The notes beneath the pieces are model-generated. The model had not been told where the DNA came from and did no database searches. It saw nothing but the letters and a program-made list of their open reading frames with translations. The position numbers and the translations under genes are program-made. This document shows positions 57,001 through 64,000 of a stretch of DNA of 64,000 bases, in pieces. The stretch is from Eledone cirrhosa (lineage: Eukaryota): contig OZ024752.1 in NCBI GenBank assembly GCA_964016885.1, forward strand, positions 19,902,001-19,966,000, written 5' to 3'. Positions within the stretch are counted from its first letter, which is position 1. Every line of letters begins with the position of its first letter.

Positions 57001-60000
57001 ATGTTGTTGTTGTTGTTATATTAACCCCACAGCCACTACTGTACCTATGTTGTTGTTGTTATATTAAACCCACAGCCCCTACTGTAACTATGTTGTTGTT
57101 GTTATATTAACCCCACAGCCCCTACTGTAACTATGTTGTTGTTGTTATATTAACCCCACAGCCCCTACTGTACCTATGTTGTTGTTGTTGTTATATTAAC
57201 CCCACAGCCACTACTGTACCTATGTTGTTGTTGTTATATTAAACCCACAGCCCCTACTGTAACTATGTTGTTGTTGTTATATTAACCCCACAGCCCCTAC
57301 TGTACCTATGTTGTTGTTGTTGTTATATTAACCCCACAGCCCCTACTGTACCTATGTTGTTGTTGTTGTTATATTAACCCCACAGCCACTACTGTACCTA
57401 TGTTCTTGTTGTTATATTAAACCCACAGCCCCTACTGTACCTATATTGTTGTTGTTGTTGTTATATTAACCCCACACCCCCTACTGTACCTATGTTGTTG
57501 TTATATTAACCCCACAGCCACTACTGTACCTATGTTCTTGTTGTTATATTAAACCCACAGCCCCTACTGTACCTATATTGTTGTTGTTGTTGTTATATTA
57601 ACCCCACACCCCCTACTGTACCTATGTTGTTGTTGTTGTTATATTAACACCACAGCCCCTACTGTACCTATGTTGTTGTTATATTAACCCCACAGCCCCT
57701 ACTGTACCTATGTTCTTGTTGTTATATTAACCCCACAGCCCCTACTGTAACTATGTTGTTGTTGTTATATTAACCCCACAGCCCCTACTGTACCTATGTT
57801 GTTGTTGTTATATAAACCCCACAGCCCCTACTGTACCTATGTTGTTGTTGTTATATTAACCCCACAGCCCCTACTGTAACTATGTTGTTGTTGTTATATT
57901 AACCCCACAGCCCCTACTGTAACTATGTTGTTGTTGTTATATTAACCCCACAGCCCCTACTGTACCTATGTTCTTGTTGTTATATTAACCCCACAGCCCC
58001 TACTGTACCTATGTTCTTGTTGTTATATTAACCCCACAGCCCCTACTGTACCTATGTTGTTGTTGTTATATTAACCCCACAGCCCCTACTGTAACTATGT
58101 TGTTGTTGTTATATTAACCCCACAGCCCCTACTGTACCTATGTTGTTGTTGTTATATAAACCCCACAGCCCCTACTGTAACTATGTTGTTGTTGTTATAT
58201 TAACCCCACAGCCCCTACTGTAACTATGTTGTTGTTGTTATATTAACCCCACAGCCCCTACTGTACCTATGTTGTTGTTGTTATATTAACCCCACAGCCC
58301 CTACTGTAACTATGTTGTTGTTGTTATATTAACCCCACAGCCCCTACTGTACCTATGTTGTTGTTGTTATATTAACCCCACAGCCCCTACTGTAACTATG
58401 TTGTTGTTGTTATATTAACCCCACAGCCCCTACTGTACCTATGTTGTTGTTGTTATATTAACCCCACAGCCCCTACTGTACCTATGTTGTTGTTGTTATA
58501 TTAACCCCACAGCCCCTACTGTAACTATGTTGTTGTTGTTATATTAACCCCACAGCCCCTACTGTAACTATGTTGTTGTTATATTAACCCCACAGCCCCT
58601 ACTGTAACTATGTTGTTGTTATATTAACCCCACAGCCCCTACTGTAACTATGTTGTTGTTATATTAACCCCACAGCCCCTACTGTAACTATGTTGTTGTT
58701 GTTATATTAACCCCACAGCCCCTACTGTAACTATGTTCTTGTTGTTATATTAACCCCACAGCCCCTACTGTACCTATGTTGTTGTTGTTGTTATATTAAC
58801 CCCACAGCCCCTACTGTACCTATGTTGTTGTTGTTGTTATATTAACACCACAGTCCCTACTGTACCTATGTTCTTGTTGTTATATTAACCCCACAGCCCC
58901 TACTGTACCTATGTTGTTGTTATATTAACCCCACAGCCCCTACTGTACCTATGTTGTTGTTATATTAACCCCACAGCCCCTACTGTACCTATGTTGTTGT
59001 TGTTATATTAACTCCACAGCCCCTACTGTACCTATGTTCTTGTTGTTATATTAACCCCACAGCCCCTACTGTACCTATGTTGTTGTTGTTATATTAACCC
59101 CACAGCCCCTACTGTACCTATGTTCTTGTTGTTATATTAACCCCACAGCCCCTACTGTACCTATGTTCTTGTTGTTATATTAACCCCACAGCCCCTACTG
59201 TACCTATGTTCTTGTTGTTATATTAACCCCACAGCCCCTACTGTACCTATATTGTTGTTATATTAACCCCACAGTCCCTACTGTACCTATGTTCTTGTTG
59301 TTATATTAACCCCACAGCCCCTACTGTACCTATGTTGTTGTTGTTATATTAACCCCACAGCCCCTACTGTAACTATGTTGTTGTTGTTATATTAACCCCA
59401 CAGCCCCTACTGTAACTATGTTGTTGTTGTTATATTAACCCCACAGCCCCTACTGTACCTATGTTGTTGTTGTTGTTATATTAACCCCACAGCCCCTACT
59501 GTACCTATGTTGTTGTTGTTATATTAACCCCACAGCCCCTACTGTACCTATGTTGTTGTTGTTATATTAACCCCACAGTCTCTACTGTTCCTATGTTGTT
59601 GTTATATTAACCCCACAGCCCCTACTGTAACTATGTTGTTGTTGTTATATTAACCCCACAGTCCCTACTGTACCTATGTTCTTGTTGTTATATTAACCCC
59701 ACAGCCCCTACTGTACCTATGTTGTTGTTGTTATATTAACCCCACAGCCCCTACTGTAACTATGTTGTTGTTGTTATATTAACCCCACAGCCCCTACTGT
59801 ACCTATGTTCTTGTTGTTATATTAACCCCACAGCCCCTACTGTACCTATGTTGTTGTTGTTGTTATATTAACCCCACAGCCCCTACTGTACCTATGTTGT
59901 TGTTGTTATATTAACCCCACAGCCCCTACTGTACCTATGTTGTTGTTGTTGTTATATTAACCCCACAGCCCCTACTGTACCTATGTTGTTGTTGTTGTTA

Positions 60001-63000
60001 TATTAACCCCACAGCCCCTACTGTACCTATGTTGTTGTTGTTATATTAACCCCACAGCCCCTACTGTACCTATGTTCTTGTTGTTATATTAACCCCACAG
60101 CCCCTACTGTAACTATGTTGTTGTTGTTGTTATATTAACCCCACAGCCCCTACTGTACCTATGTTGTTGTTATATTAAACCCACAGCCCCTACTGTACCT
60201 ATGTTGTTGTTATATTAACCCCACAGCCCCTACTGTACCTATGTTGTTGTTGTTATATTAACCCCACAGCCCCTACTGTACCTATGTTGTTGTTGTTATA
60301 TTAACCCCCACAGCCCCTACTGTACCTATGTTGTTGTTGTTGTTATATTAACACCACAGCCCCTACTGTACCTATGTTGTTGTTATATTAACCCCACAGC
60401 CCCTACTGTACCTATGTTGTTGTTGTTGTTATATTAACCCCACAGCCCCTACTGTACCTATGTTGTTGTTGTTATATTAACCCCACAGCCCCTACTGTAA
60501 CTATGTTGTTGTTGTTATATTAACCCCACAGCCCCTACTGTACCTATGTTGTTGTTGTTGTTATATTAACCCCACAGCCACTACTGTACCTATGTTGTTG
60601 TTGTTATATTAAACCCACAGCCCCTACTGTAACTATGTTGTTGTTGTTATATTAACCCCACAGCCCCTACTGTACCTATGTTGTTGTTGTTGTTATATTA
60701 ACCCCACAGCCCCTACTGTACCTATGTTGTTGTTGTTGTTATATTAACCCCACAGCCCCTACTGTACCTATGTTCTTGTTGTTATATTAAACCCACAGCC
60801 CCTACTGTACCTATATTGTTGTTGTTGTTGTTATATTAACCCCACACCCCCTACTGTACCTATGTTGTTGTTATATTAACCCCACAGCCACTACTGTACC
60901 TATGTTCTTGTTGTTATATTAAACCCACAGCCCCTACTGTACCTATATTGTTGTTGTTGTTGTTATATTAACCCCACACCCCCTACTGTACCTATGTTGT
61001 TGTTGTTGTTATATTAACACCACAGCCCCTACTGTACCTATGTTGTTGTTATATTAACCCCACAGCCCCTACTGTACCTATGTTCTTGTTGTTATATTAA
61101 CCCCACAGCCCCTACTGTAACTATGTTGTTGTTGTTATATTAACCCCACAGCCCCTACTGTACCTATGTTGTTGTTGTTATATAAACCCCACAGCCCCTA
61201 CTGTACCTATGTTGTTGTTGTTATATTAACCCCACAGCCCCTACTGTAACTATGTTGTTGTTGTTATATTAACCCCACAGCCCCTACTGTAACTATGTTG
61301 TTGTTGTTATATTAACCCCACAGCCCCTACTGTACCTATGTTCTTGTTGTTATATTAACCCCACAGCCCCTACTGTACCTATGTTCTTGTTGTTATATTA
61401 ACCCCACAGCCCCTACTGTACCTATGTTGTTGTTGTTATATTAACCCCACAGCCCCTACTGTACCTATGTTGTTGTTGTTATATTAACCCCACAGCCACT
61501 ACTGTAACTATGTTGTTGTTGTTATATTAACCCCACAGCCCCTACTGTACCTATGTTGTTGTTATATTAACCCCACAGCCCCTACTGTACCTATGTTGTT
61601 GTTGTTATATTAACCCCACAGCCCCTACTGTACCTATGTTCTTGTTGTTATATTAACCCCACAGCCCCTACTGTACCTATGTTGTTGTTATATTAACCCC
61701 ACAGCCCCTACTGTACCTATGTTGTTGTTGTTATATTAACCCCACAGCCCCTACTGTAACTATGTTGTTGTTGTTATATTAACCCCACAGCCCCTACTGT
61801 ACCTATGTTGTTGTTGTTGTTATATTAACCCCACAGCCACTACTGTACCTATGTTGTTGTTGTTATATTAACCCCACAGCCCCTACTGTACCTATGTTGT
61901 TGTTGTTATATTAACCCCACAGCCCCTACTGTACCTATGTTGTTGTTGTTATATTAACCCCACAGCCCCTACTGTACCTATGTTGTTGTTGTTATATTAA
62001 CCCCACAGCCCCTACTGTAACTATGTTGTTGTTGTTATATTAACCCCACAGCCCCTACTGTACCTATGTTGTTGTTGTTGTTATATTAACCCCACAGCCC
62101 CTACTGTACCTATGTTGTTGTTGTTATATTAACCCCACAGCCCCTACTGTAACTATGTTGTTGTTGTTATATTAACCCCACAGCCCCTACTGTAACTATG
62201 TTGTTGTTGTTATATTAACCCCACAGCCCCTACTGTAACTATGTTGTTGTTGTTATATTAACCCCACAGCCCCTACTGTACCTATGTTGTTGTTGTTGTT
62301 ATATTAACCCCACAGCCACTACTGTACCTATGTTGTTGTTGTTATATTAAACCCACAGCCCCTACTGTAACTATGTTGTTGTTGTTATATTAACCCCAAA
62401 GCCCCTACTGTAACTATGTTGTTGTTGTTATATTAACCCCACAGCCCCTACTGTACCTATGTTGTTGTTGTTGTTATATTAACCCCACAGCCACTACTGT
62501 ACCTATGTTGTTGTTGTTATATTAAACCCACAGCCCCTACTGTAACTATGTTGTTGTTGTTATATTAACCCCACAGCCCCTACTGTACCTATGTTGTTGT
62601 TGTTGTTATATTAACCCCACAGCCCCTACTGTACCTATGTTGTTGTTGTTGTTATATTAACCCCACAGCCACTACTGTACCTATGTTCTTGTTGTTATAT
62701 TAAACCCACAGCCCCTACTGTACCTATATTGTTGTTGTTGTTGTTATATTAACCCCACACCCCCTACTGTACCTATGTTGTTGTTATATTAACCCCACAG
62801 CCACTACTGTACCTATGTTCTTGTTGTTATATTAAACCCACAGCCCCTACTGTACCTATATTGTTGTTGTTGTTGTTATATTAACCCCACACCCCCTACT
62901 GTACCTATGTTGTTGTTGTTGTTATATTAACACCACAGCCCCTACTGTACCTATGTTGTTGTTATATTAACCCCACAGCCCCTACTGTACCTATGTTCTT

Positions 63001-64000
63001 GTTGTTATATTAACCCCACAGCCCCTACTGTAACTATGTTGTTGTTGTTATATTAACCCCACAGCCCCTACTGTACCTATGTTGTTGTTGTTATATAAAC
63101 CCCACAGCCCCTACTGTACCTATGTTGTTGTTGTTATATTAACCCCACAGCCCCTACTGTAACTATGTTGTTGTTGTTATATTAACCCCACAGCCCCTAC
63201 TGTAACTATGTTGTTGTTGTTATATTAACCCCACAGCCCCTACTGTACCTATGTTCTTGTTGTTATATTAACCCCACAGCCCCTACTGTACCTATGTTCT
63301 TGTTGTTATATTAACCCCACAGCCCCTACTGTACCTATGTTGTTGTTGTTATATTAACCCCACAGCCCCTACTGTAACTATGTTGTTGTTGTTATATTAA
63401 CCCCACAGCCCCTACTGTACCTATGTTGTTGTTGTTATATAAACCCCACAGCCCCTACTGTACCTATGTTCTTGTTGTTATATTAACCCCACAGCCCCTA
63501 CTGTACCTATGTTCTTGTTGTTATATTAACCCCACAGCCCCTACTGTAACTATGTTGTTGTTGTTATATTAACCCCACAGCCCCTACTGTACCTATGTTG
63601 TTGTTGTTATATTAACCCCACAGCCCCTACTGTACCTATGTTGTTGTTGTTATATTAACCCCACAGCCCCTACTGTAACTATGTTGTTGTTGTTATATTA
63701 ACCCCACAGCCCCTACTGTAACTATGTTGTTGTTATATTAACCCCACAGCCCCTACTGTACCTATGTTGTTGTTGTTATATTAACCCCACAGCCCCTACT
63801 GTACCTATGTTGTTGTTGTTATATTAACCCCACAGCCCCTACTGTACCTATGTTGTTGTTGTTATATTAACCCCACAGCCCCTACTGTACCTATGTTGTT
63901 GTTGTTATATTAACCCCACAGCCCCTACTGTAACTATGTTGTTGTTATATTAACCCCACAGCCCCTACTGTAACTATGTTGTTGTTATATTAACCCCACA
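48098..64000 (+). repeat. ~43-bp satellite with a variable internal (GTT)3-6; roughly 365 copies, runs off the window
   Basis: Unit ccccacagcccctactgtacctat(gtt)n atattaa; lengths 40, 43, 46 and 49 bp. Confidence 0.98.

Noticed and set aside
48098-64000. 43-bp array as a CRISPR, a telomere or Cys-rich protein ORFs
   Set aside because: No spacers and no (TTAGGG)n; the short ORFs arise where point variants remove the recurring TAA

Overview
Eukaryotic, AT-rich, repeat-saturated DNA with no recognisable host gene. The SINE-like motifs and very long (TA)n/(TAA)n/(GATA)n tracts resemble cephalopod (Octopus-type) DNA; this is an inference from recalled sequence, not a search. Bases 1-41 kb are a nest of retroelements: two Tx1-like LINE pieces in (GATA)n, one with an intact zinc-knuckle ORF1 that the ORF track misses; two CR1-type LINEs; a near full-length RTE; two R4/Dong-type elements tied to (TAA)n; several Penelope-like elements (PLEs; RT and GIY-YIG); and tRNA-like SINEs. 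Bases 41.8-64 kb hold three tandem arrays (85 bp, 43/50 bp and ~43 bp). The most striking signal is at least 13 well-formed and about 4-5 degenerate minimal type I hammerhead ribozyme motifs from roughly 9 sequence families. Most lie in (TA)n-embedded modules built as fold-back inverted repeats, several with no coding sequence, including a ~422-bp circularly permuted retrozyme-like unit. Also notable is an apparent ~235-bp target-site duplication around one R4/Dong element nested in another. All motifs and pairings were read by eye; boundaries are approximate.
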